Part shown: one piece after another, positions 13,046 to 26,329 of the stretch | Position numbering within the stretch: position 1 is the first letter of the stretch | Layout: the number at the start of each line of letters is the position of its first letter | Assembly (NCBI RefSeq): GCF_028641065.1 | Contig: NC_073400.1 | Coordinates: 19,344,001 to 19,408,000, forward strand | Origin: Leucoraja erinacea | Lineage: Eukaryota | DNA length: 64,000 bases | Direction: 5' to 3' | Made by a program: the position numbers and the translations under genes | The notes under the pieces: model-generated | Seen by the model: the letters and a program-made list of their open reading frames with translations, nothing else | Database searches by the model: none | Told to the model about the DNA's origin: nothing

Positions 13046-13061
13046 CAGAGCGCTGCAAGAA

Positions 13062-13067
13062 ATGCAG
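13062..13067 (+). CDS. KLHDC9: Candidate KLHDC9 start exon (Met-Gln)
   Basis: AAATGCAG|GTAAAA; phase 0 joins in frame to the acceptor at 17765; lies just downstream of the X-box. Confidence 0.5.
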
Positions 13068-14344
13068 GTAAAACAATGGAGAGGGAGGAAGAGGGGGGGG
13101 GGGGGAACCGGAAGGAAAGAAGAAGGGAGGGAGGGAGAGGGTGGGGGATGAGGTCGAGGGAGGGAATGGGAAGCAAAGATCTTATAGCGGAGCTATAAGA
13201 TGTTTGGTGGGGACGCAAGGAGGGAGGGGAGGGAGGAAGAGAGGAAAGGGAGATTGATGGGGGAGGGAAGAAAGGAGGGAGTGAAAGGAGTAGGGAGGGA
13301 GAGGGAGGAAGGAGGGAGGGAGAGGAGGTATGGTGGAGGGGAGGGGGGAGGGAGAGTGGGCGAGGGAGGGAAGGAGAGTGTGAGGAGGGAGGGAAGCAAG
13401 GAGAGGAAAATAGGTGCTGGTGTAACTCAGTGGATTCAGCAGCATCTTTGGAGGACATGGACAGGTGATGTTTCCATTGGGACACTTCGAGGGGAGGGAC
13501 AGGAGGTGGGGAGGTAAGGTGGGGGGGGGGGAGGAGATAGTGAGACAGGGGGAGCGGGGTGATGATGGGGAGAGGGGGTGAGGCGGGAGATGAGGCAGTG
13601 GAGGGGTGGGTCAGGGGGAGGGGGAGTGGGGAAGTGGGGGGGTGAGAGGGTGGAGCAGGGGGAGGGAGGGGGGGGTGCGGGAGGAGAGGATGGAGGAGAG
13701 CGAGGAGGGAGGATGGAGAGAACAAGGGAGGGAAAGAGAAAGCGAGGATGGGATGGGATGCGAGAAGAGGGGGAGGATGGAAGGCGGTAGGGAGGAGGAG
13801 ACAGATGGTGGGAGAAAAGGATGGGGGCGGCACAATGGGAAAAGAGAAAGATATATAGAGAGGAATAAAGAGACATAAAGGGATAATATGGGGGATAGAG
13901 AGGGAGGAATGGCGTGTGATAGAGAGATGGGAGAGTGAGAAGGATGGATGGAGGGAGAAGTGGGGATTTTGAAGGAGTGGTGGGTGGGGAATCAGGGTCG
14001 TGGTGTGAGGGTTGTGGGTGCTTGCAGTGAGGGGGGGTTTATGCGGTGGGGGTCTGGTGTAGGGGAGGTAGGCTGGGGTGATGAATGGTCATGGGGTGTG
14101 GACAGAGAGGGGACATCAGCGGGGGGGGGACATGATGAGGGGTGATAGATTAAGTGGGGGGAGGGTTACTGAGATGGGGCAGGTAGGCAATTCGATGTAA
14201 ATAATTCGACAAACTGCCGGTCACCAATGTGGCTGGTCAGAGCTTGCACCCCATCAGCCTTTGCACACACATAATCCTTCGACATGTTCCCCACCTCCAA
14301 CTCGATTCCACCACTAGTCACATCTTCCCTTCTCTATCCCTTTC

Positions 14345-14710
14345 ATAGAAACATAGAAAATAGGTGCCGGAGTAGGCCATTCGAGCCTGCACCACCATTC
14401 ATTGTGATCATGGCTGATCATCCACAGTCAGTAACCCGTGCCTGCCTTCTCCACATATCCCTTGATTCCGCTAGCCCCTCAAACTCTATCTAACTCTCTT
14501 TTAAATTCATCCAGTGAATAGGCCTCTACTGCCTTCTGTGGCAGACAATTCCACAAATTCACAACTCTCTGGGTGAAACAGTTTTTTCTCATCTTAGTTT
14601 TAAATGGCCTCCTCTTTATTCTTAGACTGTGGCCCCTGGCTCTGGACTCCCCCGTCATTGGGAACATTTTTCCTGCATCTAGCTTGTCCAGTCCTTTTAT
14701 AATTTTATAC
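14345..14710 (-). mobile_element. CR1 LINE 3' fragment
   Basis: YKIIKGLDKLDAGKMFP...FTQRVVNLWN; (TTTCTATG)n-type tail. Confidence 0.85.
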
Positions 14711-14711
14711 G

Positions 14712-15868
14712 CTTCCCACAGACACTGTTTCATCCGCAACTCCATGGTTCACTCCCCGGGTACTTTCCCTTGGAACCGCAGGAGGTGCAACACCTGTACC
14801 TATAACTCCATCCTCAACTCCATCCAAGGCCCCCGGTGGTCGTTCCAGGTGAGGCAGAGGTTCACCTGCACCTACAGTATCTGCTGTTTTAGGTGTAGAT
14901 TCCTCTATATCGGCGAGGCCAAATGTAGACAGGGTGATCATTTTGTTGAAGACCTTTGCTCAGTCCACCCAGGCCTCCGCGATCTCCCGGATGCTAAACA
15001 CTTTAACTCACCCTCCCATTCCCAAAGTGACGTTTCTCTCCTGGGCCTCCTCCATTGTCAGAGTTAGGCCAAATGCAAATTGGAGGAAAAGCACCTCATA
15101 TTTTGCCTGTGCAGTGTATAACGGTGGTATGAATATTGATTTCTCCTCATCCCCTCTTTTCAACCCACCCCCACCCTAGTCATTGTACTAGTTTCACGGT
15201 CGTCCTGCTGAGTTTCACTCATTATCACCTTCTCCATGTGGACCATTGTGGGTTCCACCTTTCCCTGATCATCATTGCCGACTTTGATTGCCCCTCTGCA
15301 CACCTTTCATTGATTTATTCTTTGTACCTCTTCACAGCTCTAGTTTCCCTCTCCGCAGACTCTGTCTGAAGAAGGGTTTCGGCCCGAGACGCCACCTTTT
15401 CTTTTTCTCCAGAAATTATTTTCCTGTACATGGGCGAGACCAAGCTTGGCGATCGTTTTGCTGAACACCTCCATTCAGTCCACCTTAATCTACCTGATCT
15501 CCCAGTTGCTCAACACTTTAACTACCCCTCCCATTCCCAATCTGACCTTTTTGTCCAGGGCCTCCTTCATTGTCAGAGTGAGGCCCAATGCAAATTGGAG
15601 GAACAGCACCTCATATTTCACTTGGGTAGCTTACACCCCAGCAGTATGAACATTGACTTCACTAACTTCAACTAGCCCTTGCTTTCCCTCTCTCCTCCAT
15701 CCCCTCCCCACTTCTTCCACCAGTCTTACCGACTACATTCTATCTCTGTGCTGCCCACTCCCCCTGACATCAGTCTGAACAAGGGTCTCGACCCGAAACG
15801 TCACCCATTCCTTCCCTCCAGAGATGCTGCCTGTCCCGCTGAGTAACTCCAGCATTTTGTGTCTACAT
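14712..15868 (+). mobile_element. Two tandem Penelope-like fragments (GIY-YIG endonuclease end plus pLTR)
   Basis: YIGEAKCRQGDHFVEDL and MGETKLGDRFAEHLHSV...HFN.PSHS...KLEEQHLIFHLG...MNIDF; each ends in a CTGAAGAAGGGT..CCCGAAAC-type motif. Confidence 0.85.
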
Positions 15869-15879
15869 TCTGAGGGACA

Positions 15880-16730
15880 AGGTACATATACATTTGGATA
15901 GACAGGGGCTGAATAGGTATAGTCAGCATGTGGGGTATCAAGTCTTATGAATTTGAAGAAGGAACCAAAAAGATTAAAAGATACATTGTCTAAATAGACT
16001 TCAACAAGGCTTTCAATAAGGTTCTGCATAGTAGGCTGCTCTGGAAAGTTAGTTTGCACGGAATTCCTGAAGAGCTAGCTACCTAGATACAGAATTGGCT
16101 TCATGGAAGAAAGCAGAGGATGTTGGTGGAAGGTAGTTTTTTCAAACTGGAGGTGTTAATGAGTGGTGTGCCTCAGGAATTGGTGCCGGGCCCATTTGTG
16201 TTTGTGGTTTATATCAACAATTTGGATAGGAATGCGCACGGCATTATTAGAATGTTTACAGATGACACAATGTGGGCGGTATTACAGATAATGATGATGG
16301 TTATCAAAAGTTATTGCAAGATGTTGATACTAGTGGGCTGAGGAACGGCGAATGGGGTTTAATGCAGATTAGTGTGAGGTGTTGCACTTTGGGAAGTGAA
16401 ACCAGGACAGGACTTTCAGAGTGAATGGCAGAGCTTGGGGGAGTCTTGGATCTAAGAGTACAAGTACATAGTTTGAAGAAGGGTTTCAGCCCGAAACGTT
16501 GCCTATTTCCTTTACTACATAGGTGCTGCTGCACCCGCTGAGTTTCTCCAGCATTTTTGTGTACCTTCGATTTTCCAGCATCTGCAGTTCCTTCTTAAAC
16601 ACAAGTACATAGTTCCCTGAAAATGGCATCACAAATAGATAGGCCGGTAAAGAAGGCTTTTGGTACATTGGCCTTCGTCAGTTATGGTACTGAGTATAGA
16701 AGTTGGGATGTTATGTTACAGTTACTGCTG
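15880..16730 (+). mobile_element. Degenerate CR1 RT fragment interrupted by a Penelope tail (about 16472-16598)
   Basis: SGVPQELVPGP, YINNLD, MFTDDT; ACAAGTACATAGTT duplicated around the inserted tail. Confidence 0.75.
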
Positions 16731-17414
16731 TGTTAGGAGGGAGGGGTATTAATCAGTTTAGTTTATTGTCACATGTATCGAGGTACAGTGAAAAGCTTTT
16801 GTTGCATGCTAATCAATCAGCGGAAAGACAATACATGATTACAATCGAACCATTTACAGAGTACAGATACATTAATAAGGGAATAACATTTAGTGCAAGG
16901 TAAAGCCAGTAAAGTCTGATCAAGGATAGACCGAGGGTCATCAATAAGGGAGATACTAGTTCAGGACTACTCTCTAGTTGTGGTAGGATGATTCTGTTGC
17001 CTGAGAAGAACATGTCCAAGAACAGGCGTGTTGGAAATGGAAGAGACCTGGGTGAGGGCTCCATCAACCAGAGTGGTGGTAGGTCATGTTGCCTGAAAAA
17101 GGTGGACATTTCAGACGTCCTGGAGTGCAAAACCTCACCTTAAGAGCAGATGTGTCAGAAATAAAGAAACTGAGTGAGATAGGCATGGTGTCCTTGAAAG
17201 ATGCAGGGTAATTTTGATTGTGCTGGTGGGTTTGCTGAGCCAGCGTGAATTGTAGATGGAGTCAATGGAAGGGAGGTTGGTTTGTGTGGTGGCCTGGGCT
17301 AGGTGCACAACTCTCTCCAATTTCTTGGTGTCTTGGATGGAGCTGTTCCGAAACCATGCTGTGATGCATCCCGATAAAATGCTTTCTACGGCGCAGGAGT
17401 TAGTGAGAGTTGTT

Positions 17415-17628
17415 TGGGACTTATGCTAAGGCATGGGACTTGTGCTAAGGCATGGGACTTGTGCTAAGGCATGGGACGTGCGCTAAGGCATGGGACATGC
17501 GCTAAGGCATGGGACATGCGCTAAGGCATGGGACATGCGCTAAGGCATGGGACTTGCGCTAAAGGCATGGGACTTGCGCTAAGGCATGGGACTTGTGCTC
17601 AGGCATGGGACTTGTGCTCAGGCATGGG
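17415..17628. repeat. 19-bp tandem repeat, about 11 copies
   Basis: TGGGAC(T/A/G)TG(T/C)GCT(A/C)AGGCA units. Confidence 0.9.
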
Positions 17629-17764
17629 AAATTTGAGACTTCCTTGTAAGCTAGTAAAGCACGATAAAGTAGTAGGCAGATTGGCTGACTGTCCGGTGGT
17701 GCCGATTGACCTGTGAGACGGTTGGTCTGTGGCCGGTGACACTACCCTCTCCCTCCTGTTGCAG

Positions 17765-18300
17765 GGTGGAGCGGCAGAGGCCAGGGCCCCGGATAGTCCT
17801 GAGGTCCGTTGGAGCTGGAAGAGGGCGGGCTCGTCGCCGCTGCTGGCCCGGGCCTTCCACAGCGTCAACGTGATGGGCGGCAAGCTGGTGGTGTACGGGG
17901 GCACCAAGTCGGCGGACCTGCGGGAGGGGCCGCTGGGCGAGGCGGTGGTCCTCGCCCCCTCACTGGTGGTGGAGGGTGTGGTGCGGGGAGGCCCGGCCCG
18001 CAGTCACCACGGCACGGCGGTGCTGCAAGGGCGCTGGCTGCTGCTGGTGGGCGGCTGGGACGGCAGGCGACGGCTTACCGATCTCCACGCCATTGAGCTG
18101 GGCAGCCCTGAGCCCGGTACCTGGAGGGCACTGCAGCAGGAGGCAGACACCCTGTCGCCTGTTGGCCTGAGTGGTCACACCGTCACCCAGTTGACCGAGC
18201 GGCGGCTCTGGGTGGTGGGCCGCGAGGGAGGGGTCCGCACCCAGAGGAGGTTCGCCAGTATCTTCCAGCTGCAGGTTGACATCCAGCGGGGTCGGTACCG
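17765..18300 (+). CDS. KLHDC9: Kelch domain-containing protein 9, main exon
   Basis: LLARAFHS, RSHHGTA..GRWLLLVGGWDGRRRL, GREGGVRTQRRFASI match KLHDC9; ttgcag acceptor and GTGAGT donor. Confidence 0.9.
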
Positions 18301-18702
18301 GTGAGTGGGCAGGGGGCAAATGAACGAGCGAGGAGGGGGGGAGGGAGGGTAGGGGGATGGGAGGTGGGGGGTTAGGGATGGAGGAAAGGGGGAGAGAGAG
18401 AACAGTGGGGGGGGGGGGGAGCTAGAGAAGAAATGGGGGGGGGGGGGGGGGGGATGAGGACCGGTTAGGGGAGGGAGGACGGGGAAGCCGGGAGGGTGGA
18501 CATGGTTGATAGAGGAAGGGGGGGGGGGGAGAGAGGAATGAGGATATGGTTAAGGAAGGAGAACGGTGGGGGGAGATGGTGGGGGAGCATGGGCGGACCG
18601 GGTTAAGGATGGAGGAGGGGGGGAAGCGGGAGGAGGGAGGAAGGGAAGGGAGGATGAGCGGCAGGAGTATGCCCAGTGGTGACAGCCTGTTCCCCCCGCC
18701 AG

Positions 18703-18865
18703 GTACGAGGAGCAGGCCTCACGAGTCGCGTCGCGCTCGGGACACTCAGCGAGCCTGTGCCGGAGGCCGGGCCGTGATGGGGGCACCGTCCAGCTGCTGC
18801 TGTGCGGGGGGCGTAACAGCCAGGGGTTCGAGGTGGCCGGGATCTGGAACGAGGGATCCGTGCAG
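18703..18865 (+). CDS. KLHDC9: KLHDC9 exon
   Basis: YEEQASRVASRSGHSA...QLLLCGGRNSQGFEVAGIW; phases are consistent. Confidence 0.9.
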
Positions 18866-18923
18866 GTCAGTGACGGATGGACTGTGAGCAGGGAGGGGAG
18901 GGGCGGTGCGTGCAGGTCCGGGT

Positions 18924-18959
<36 letters not shown>

Positions 18960-19109
18960 AGGGGGGGGATAACGGAGCGAGGGAGTGTTTGCAGGTTGTT
19001 TGGAGGGTGATGGGGGGGGGGGGGTAGAGGTTGGAGGGTGTCCAGTTGGAGGGGGCAGTGTTGAGGGACGTCTGACTCGGGACCTTCCCACATCTCTAAC
19101 TGTCCACAG

Positions 19110-19308
19110 GCCCAGCCTCCCTGTGCCCCAGGCCTAGTGGCGAGGCTGAGCTCCCTCATCAGCGAGAGGGTGGTGACTCCCGGCACCCCGACCTCCCGGC
19201 GACACCACGCCGCGGTGCAGGTGGGCCCCTTCGTGGTGCTGCACGGGGGCGAATGCTTCAACAAGGCCGTCGACACCATCTGCGGCGACCTGTACATCTA
19301 CGACACAC
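19110..19308 (+). CDS. KLHDC9: KLHDC9 exon
   Basis: RHHAAVQVGPFVVLHGGECFNKAVDTICGDLYIYDT. Confidence 0.92.
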
Positions 19309-19357
19309 GTGAGTCTCAGAGGCAGTGTAGAGGGACAGTGCAGAGGGAGCTTTACTC

Positions 19358-21000
19358 ATTTTTGCCCCTTCCTTCTGGTACATATATTACAGTGTACCAG
19401 AAGGTACAACAATGTTCAATAGTCACATTGCATCAGACAATCATTGTTATACAATAATGGCATCTTCATCTACAATGCACGGAAGGCCTTCAGAGTCCCC
19501 GTGGACACCGCGTGTTCCCTCTCCAGCGACATGCTAGCACGGACATAGGCCCGGAAGAGGGGCAGGCAGCCGACTCTGGTGTGACCATCGACTACCCGCT
19601 GCCTGGTCCAGCGAAGGAGCAAATCGACAGAGATATCCCACCCTCCTGATCGACCCTCCCCGCTCCCTGCCTTGTGCCCAAATACCAGAATCGTGGAACT
19701 AAAATGCAAGCAATACTTGAGGAGCAGCCCCTTCAGATATTCGTTCTGGGGCTGCAACCTCTCACACTCCATATACGCGTTGGGATTTATTGCAACAGCC
19801 GGCCATTGGGACAATCCCTACGAAAGTGTCCAACCTCCCTGCACGCATGACACCACGCATAACCCCAACTCCAAAACATGCGAGAGCGAATTCCCTCGTG
19901 CTCAACATAGACACTCCCCTCCGTGCCCGACCCCGTCCCCACATTCACAAACCGATCTTTTAAATCTCAGGATCCCTTTAAAGCGCGGGTCGCGTCAGGG
20001 CTGCATAAGCCTCGTCAGCCTTGACCGCATCTTCCCCTAGCTTTGCCAGGTGTGGAAGAAGGAACGTATGCCGGATGAAAGTGGGAACACAAGGCAGGAA
20101 AACTGGTCTCACGGTGAACACCCACGTTTCCACCGGTAATAAGACCCCGCCCACTGTGAGCTCCTTCTCTATTGCTCGGGCCACCCCCTGCAGTGACTTT
20201 AAAATAAACTCACATATCCGCCCTCCAATCTCGGACGAGGCAATCATATAACCATATAACCATATAACAATTACAGCACGGAAACAGGCCATCTCGGCCC
20301 TACAAGTCCGTGCCGAACAACTTTTTTTCCCTTAGTGGAGGGTGTGGTGCGTTCTTCTGAAACAGATCGTGTTGACCCAATGCTATTGCCTCCTTGGTCC
20401 ACTGGTACCCGGTTTGGACATTGGTCCCGTATGTGATCCCCAACCCACGTCAACGTAAGGCCCTTCCTCGAATGACCCTGAAACTGCTGCTAAAACCACA
20501 GCTATGTAGCTCTGAGCCAGAAACAGAGACAATAGCAGTCTCAGCTTTAAAGCGGTCTCAGTCGTAAATGGCAGCCGAAGTTCTCTCCATCCGAGCAAGG
20601 AAAACGCCCACGCTTATCTTCTCTGTCGAGAGCAGTTTTGGGAGGCCTTTTCCAGGTCTTCCGAGCCTCCAGAAACTGCCGGATTCAAAAAGTACCTTCT
20701 CTTGTTTATGCCCAGGCGAAACGGTATAGAAGCAGGGTTACCATGCTAGAAACCAAAAACGCCGCTTCTTTCCGACTCCCGGTCTCCAGGTACAATTGGC
20801 AATTCACCAACCACTACCAGGGCACTCCAGAAAAGCGCTGGAATTCCTCACTAAAAGGAGAAATCCTTTGAAGATAAGTCTCCGCAGTCCGACGTTATGT
20901 CAATCTTTGGAAACTCACTGCTTCTGTTCCTCTTCCTTCGACAAAAACACTTCAAAAATTACTTTGAAACCTCTCGGTCGTCAGAGCAGTGCCAGTCTGC
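19358..21000 (-). mobile_element. Rearranged L1/Tx1-like LINE remnant containing a CR1 tail (about 20246-20335)
   Basis: CLPLFRAYVRASMSLEREHAVSTGTLKAFRAL C-terminus; RGSRQGC RT motif in the opposite orientation. Confidence 0.55.
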
Positions 21001-21146
21001 ATCACTGTGTCTGACCCGTGGCCCCAGAGTGTGTCACGGGACGGTGTGGATGGAGTTTAACTGTGTCTGAACCGGGGGTGTGTGACGCGACAGGGTTGAC
21101 AGTGCACTGTTTGTTGATCTTTGTCTCTCTCTCATGTTACCCTCAG

Positions 21147-21313
21147 GACCCTCTGCGGGGAGGTGGTATCAGTTTCCTGCCAGCGAGGTGGAGTTGAGGC
21201 GTGTTGGACACCAGCTGGTGGTGCTGGGCGAGCAGCTGTGTGTAATTGGTGGTCTGGGCCCAGACGGCAAGCACTGCCCCCCTGACATCTACACCTTGAC
21301 GATCCACCACTGA
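21147..21313 (+). CDS. KLHDC9: KLHDC9 last exon
   Basis: WYQFPASEVELRRVGHQLVVLGEQLCVIGGLGPDGK...TIHH*; AATAAA at 21345-21350. Confidence 0.9.
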
Positions 21314-24047
21314 GTCCGGGCTGCTTCCCGCTCGTTCTGCTTCAAATAAAACTGCTGTCTGGGACACTCTACAGGGTCACTATCATCTGGCCGGTTTGCC
21401 ATTATCGAGTCATAGACCACATATATTGGCCGTTTGGTCCACATTGCCCAAACGCCATCCATCCGTATTAATGTTGGAAGGAATCGTATCCAGTCCTCCA
21501 GCACTTGGCCTTCTGTACTGCTTCTCTCGACAATTAAATGCTGTCACTGACTCTAGTTTCACCTCTCTCCAGCTGTGTGTTCCAGGTACTTCCCACTCTC
21601 TGATCCCATCTAAATCTCACCCCTTTACCCTAAATCTACGTGCTCTTGTTTCATCCAGCTCTGATATGGGGAAACGATTCCTTGTCTACCCCATTTATAA
21701 CCCTCGTCAGTCTATATCAGTCATGTCTCTTCTTACCTGCTCTGCTGCAGGGACCACAGACCTAGCCTCTCCACACAACTGGAGCACTCCATCCCAGGCA
21801 ATACCCTGGTGAAGGCATAAGGCAGTGAGTAAAACACAATGAAGTAACTCAGCAGGTCAGACAGCATCTGTGGAGAATGGACACTGGCCCGGACTTACTC
21901 CAGCACCATGTGTTTTGTTCAATATACTGGTGAATCTGGTCTGCACTCCACAGTGCTCCACTCCCTTCCAGTACCCAGTTCAGGTCAGACCAAGATGCAG
22001 CACCTCCTCCCTGCTCTCAGTATTCAATGCCTCCTCTAACAAAGGCAAGTATCCCAAGTGCCAGCAGTCAAGGGATATGGGGAGAAAGCAGGAACGGGGT
22101 ACTGATTTTGGATGATCAGCCATGATCATATTGAATGGTGGCGCTGGCTCGAAGGGCCGAATGGCTTACTCCTGCACCTATTTTCTATCACCCTATAGCC
22201 TCCTGTGCTCTAAATAAAGTTGTAGCCTGCCCAACTGTTCAGTTCTGGTCCACCACTGATCTTCTCCCCAACCACTTTAAAATATATTGATTGACACTCC
22301 CACAACCCGAGCAATTGTTTCCCCAAAACAACATCCAATAATGCTCCTTCCCTCGCTAGCCCAGCTACACACTGCATCAAAACGTTCTCCTGGACATATC
22401 TCAAATTCTGCTCTGCCTTTATGACTGAGGCAATTCCAGTTAATGTTTAGGAAACAGAATCACCTGGAGGTACAGGCACACCTTGACATACACAAGCGTG
22501 AGTTATGGAAACTCGCACTTGCGTAAACACACAATAGGTGGTCCGGTTTCCTGAATGACCTGTTACTGCAATGGGAGGATGGCGAAGGCTTTCCGACCGC
22601 ATTGTAGATATAAAAGCATCGTCCGGGCTCGCTGCTCCTCCAGTTTATTCAGGCCTCCACCGCTAACAGGATGTGCTGTCACCATGGGGCTCCCACCCCT
22701 CTCACCAGCTACCACTTCTTACTGTCAGTCGTCGCTCAGTCTGATCCCCACCCCCACCTTCTCCCCCAGTTGCTGAAATATTCCAAGATGGAAGATTTTG
22801 GCAGCTCCAGTGGCAATGGAGGGGAAACAGACAAATCGGCAGGAAGAAGCAGCAGCTGGTGAGAGGGGAGGGAGCCCCACGGTGACTGAGCACATGCTGT
22901 CAGTGGCAGTAACCTGAAGAAACTGCTGCCAGCCAGGGGCTACAACAGCTGCATCAACCGCATGGTACCGGAGCCGGTGAAGAAGGGCTCCATGGTGCAG
23001 ACCAGCAGCATCGGCGCCTACTTTTACGGTGAAACGACAGAAGTGCTGGAGTTACTCCAACAAACCATATCAGTCTGAAGAAAGGTCTGGACCCAAAGCA
23101 TCACCTATCCATATTCTCCAGAGATGCTGTCTGATCTGATGAGGTACTCCAGCACTTTGTGTGGTTTTGTGTATTAAACCAGCATCTGCAGTTCTGTTTC
23201 TATCTAGGTTCTAGGGCGATTCTGGCGTAAAATCTGTTTTACTCAAGGATATACAGAACGTGACGTTTTGTTCACAATCTCTACCCATTTTGATTATTAA
23301 TTTCAATAGAGTGGGGGTGACAGAAGGGAGTGGGGACATGGGTGGGGACGACTGTACATTTCAACTGAACATCTACTCCGAGCCATTCTCCTGCCGACTG
23401 TCTCAACCTTCTCCAGCAGCACTAGCAATCCTTTGCACTGAAGCCCAGCCAGTGCTAGCAGTCCGGATGGGCAAGGAAAGCTTCCTCCCCTCTGCTCATG
23501 GGGAGGACCCGCGCGCGCCTTCAACGATCAGCAGCCAGGGCGATCTACTGACCGAATATTGGATTAGCCATGTTTCAGCCCAGGCATGCTAGCATTACTC
23601 TGGCCCTGGTCCCACCAGCATCCCTTCACTGATGTCCATCATTGGCTGCCCTTGGTGATAGGGTCCCCAAGCAGAGAATGCTCTATCATCTCCACTCTAA
23701 CACCTGGACAGGCGGCAACCATTCAGCCTTTACCCAGCCTGTCACAAGGGAGCTCAAGCCCAATTGTGGGAAAGGCAGGGTATGTGGTAGAAAAGTCAGA
23801 GGCTCCTGGTTACAACTACACAGTTTAATAAGCACATTAACAGATGCACACGTTACAACACAACAATGTAATGGAGAACCGTGCCAGGAACCCCGGGCCG
23901 AGTAATTTAGGTCCCTGTGCCACACAAGACAGGAGCCCAGTGTCCAGGAGCGATGTTGCGGTGCCTTCCCCAGTCGGAAGGGCCCAGAGCCTAATCTGCT
24001 CCTCCTCCAGGGAGGGAGCGGGGGTGGGGGAGCCCACCGGGGCCCGG

Positions 24048-24215
24048 CTAGGACACCAACACCCCCGTGCCCCCCGTCCTGCCGCTGGAGTCGTTCTCGC
24101 GGGTCGACCGGTCTTCCTCGTTCATCAGCCTGATGTTGTACTTCTCCCGGTATTCAGTCAGCTCACGGCCCTTGCTCTGGATCTGGGCGTTCAGCGTCTC
24201 AATCAGCTTCACCAG
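24048..24215 (-). CDS. PFDN2: Prefoldin subunit 2, last exon
   Basis: LIETLNAQIQSKGRELTEYREKYNIRLM...GVLVS*; ATTAAA on the minus strand at 23824-23829. Confidence 0.95.
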   Translation of the reverse strand: MVKLIETLNAQIQSKGRELTEYREKYNIRLMNEEDRSTRENDSSGRTGGTGVLVS

Positions 24216-25660
24216 CTGCAGGAATGGACAAACCAGCGTTAACACAGCGGGATACAGGGTCATGGTCGGGGGGGACATCAACGTGGCTCATGGTCATGGG
24301 CAGGGGTCAACAGTGTGGCTCAGGGTCACAGGCATGAGGACAGCGGTGTGGCAGGGGAACCGTGGTGCATTGACAGGGAGAAAGCTGGTGCATTGGGATT
24401 CCTCAATATGGTGGAGGTTACTGCCGTGACACTGAGGTCTAACATTTTAACACACAATCCCGTGTCCATAACCAGTATCGGGGCGATCACACACAGAAGC
24501 AGGCCCACCAGCCCACCAAGTCCATGCTGACTGACAACCACCCATTCACATGATTCCAAGTTTATGCTCCACACATATTCCCAGCCACTCTCTACATTCT
24601 ACCCCGCACCCACATAAGGGGACAATTTCCAGCCTCAGTCTGACTCGGTCTTTAGGGCATGGAAGAACATTTGGGCTCCTGGGGAAACTCATATGGTCGC
24701 AAGAAGTGCGAACTTCACATTGACAGCACCCAAAGTCGGGAACTAACCCTGATCTCGGGCACTGGAAGGTAGCACTAATGTTCAGGTATGCATCTCACTT
24801 TGGGGCAGGAGAGTTGAGCAGTGGGATGCTTCAAGGAGCAGAGAAACCAACTGTCCAGGTGGACTATAACAAAGTAGTGGATCCGCCAATGGAAAACATC
24901 CCAGGCATTAACTGGGACAGCCAAGTTTGGACTTTCCCTTTCCCTGCCTGTGGGAGATGACTAATCACATTGTCAGCTGCATCCAGTGAAAGTCTCAGGA
25001 TTCAAAGCGATTGATAGATTGGATCCAAAGGGCTCAGTGGGAGGGAGCAGAAGGAATGGCTGGTGGGTGTTTGTGAATCTAAAGTGGTTTTCAGATGGAC
25101 CATAGGATCAGTCCCTCGCTCCGTGTTGTGGACACTGGTAATTTTAGAAGTCAAGTGTTTATTTGTAACTGGCTCATATGCACTGGATATGAACCAGAAC
25201 AAATTCTTAATTACAGCAACTTTATTGCATTGGATATAAAGCAAACACAAAAACATTTATGCCATCAGTTATTCTAAGCAAACTAGATCATAGTAGAGCT
25301 AAATTTAAAACAGGGAGCAAAATGGAGAAGTTTGCAGACAGTAGAAAAACTATCCATGTGGATGGCAGTGAGGCAAAAGGGTCAGGAATGCAGAGCAATG
25401 GTGCAGGAAAAACAGCAAATATAGTTCAATGCCAAGACGAGAGGTGATGCAAGGCAGCGAGGACTGATTAGAACTAATGACCATTCACTTTCCTTCAGAC
25501 GAGCCTCAGACTACAAGGGCAGGGAGGGGGTGTAGGAACCATTCCAACACCAGTTAGATCCCAGCCTGATCCTGGGGATAGTTCTGGTCACCATGACCCA
25601 GGATAGATGGGTTTACACTGGAGAGGGGATCTCAGAACCTCATCCTGGCCTCCTCCTCAC

Positions 25661-25784
25661 CTGCTGGCGGTTGTTCTCCAGCGCTGGTAGAACCTCCTTC
25701 ACCGTCCGCTCCACCAGTACACCCCCCACCATGCGGTAACACTTGCGGCTGGGGTCCACCTCTGCCAGGGTGTCAATGACAAGT
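25661..25784 (-). CDS. PFDN2: Prefoldin subunit 2, middle exon
   Basis: LVIDTLAEVDPSRKCYRMVGGVLVERTVKEVLPALENNRQQ; 124 nt. Confidence 0.96.
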
Positions 25785-26329
25785 CTGGGAGGGGTAGAGA
25801 GAAGATGCGATTGAAGTGTCTGCTCGATCGTCCATCACTCCCCCTACATTTGCTACTTCTCCCCTGGACAGAACACACGACCCAATACTCAGTGAACCCA
25901 CCACCCTCATTCCCTCCCATCTTCGGTGCCCACCATGCCACCCCTACCCTCACAAATAACTCCCCCAAAAAATAGGTCTTCCCCCACAACCTGGTCACAG
26001 ATACACAGCACGGAAACAGGACCTTCGGCCCAACTTCTCCAGGGTGACCAAGATGTGACTAGTCCCATTTTCCTTCCCTCCCTCCAAATTATCCCTATCC
26101 GTGCACCTGTCAAAGTATTTAACACTTTTAAATTTTACCCAATTCTAACGCTCCCTTGGCAGCTCTTATCTCCTCCTGCTCTCACCACCCTCCTCCCACC
26201 ATCCTGCTCCTCTCACCACCCTCCTCCCACCATCCTCCTCCTCTCACCACCCTCCTCCCACCATCCTCCTCCTCCCACCACCCTCCTCCCACCATCCCCC
26301 TCCTCCTCCCACCACCCTCATCAACCCAC

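Noticed and set aside
12977-13067. MQTLCNTAAK... as the KLHDC9 N-terminus
   Set aside because: It ends in phase 1 at the donor and would be out of frame with the exon at 17765; only the ATG at 13062 fits.
13009-13876. 274-aa and 146-aa minus-strand ORFs
   Set aside because: Purine-rich low-complexity tract plus a Penelope tail fragment.
17415-17628. CRISPR-like appearance of the regular repeats (also 34520-34980)
   Set aside because: Head-to-tail units with no unique spacers, no cas genes, vertebrate context.
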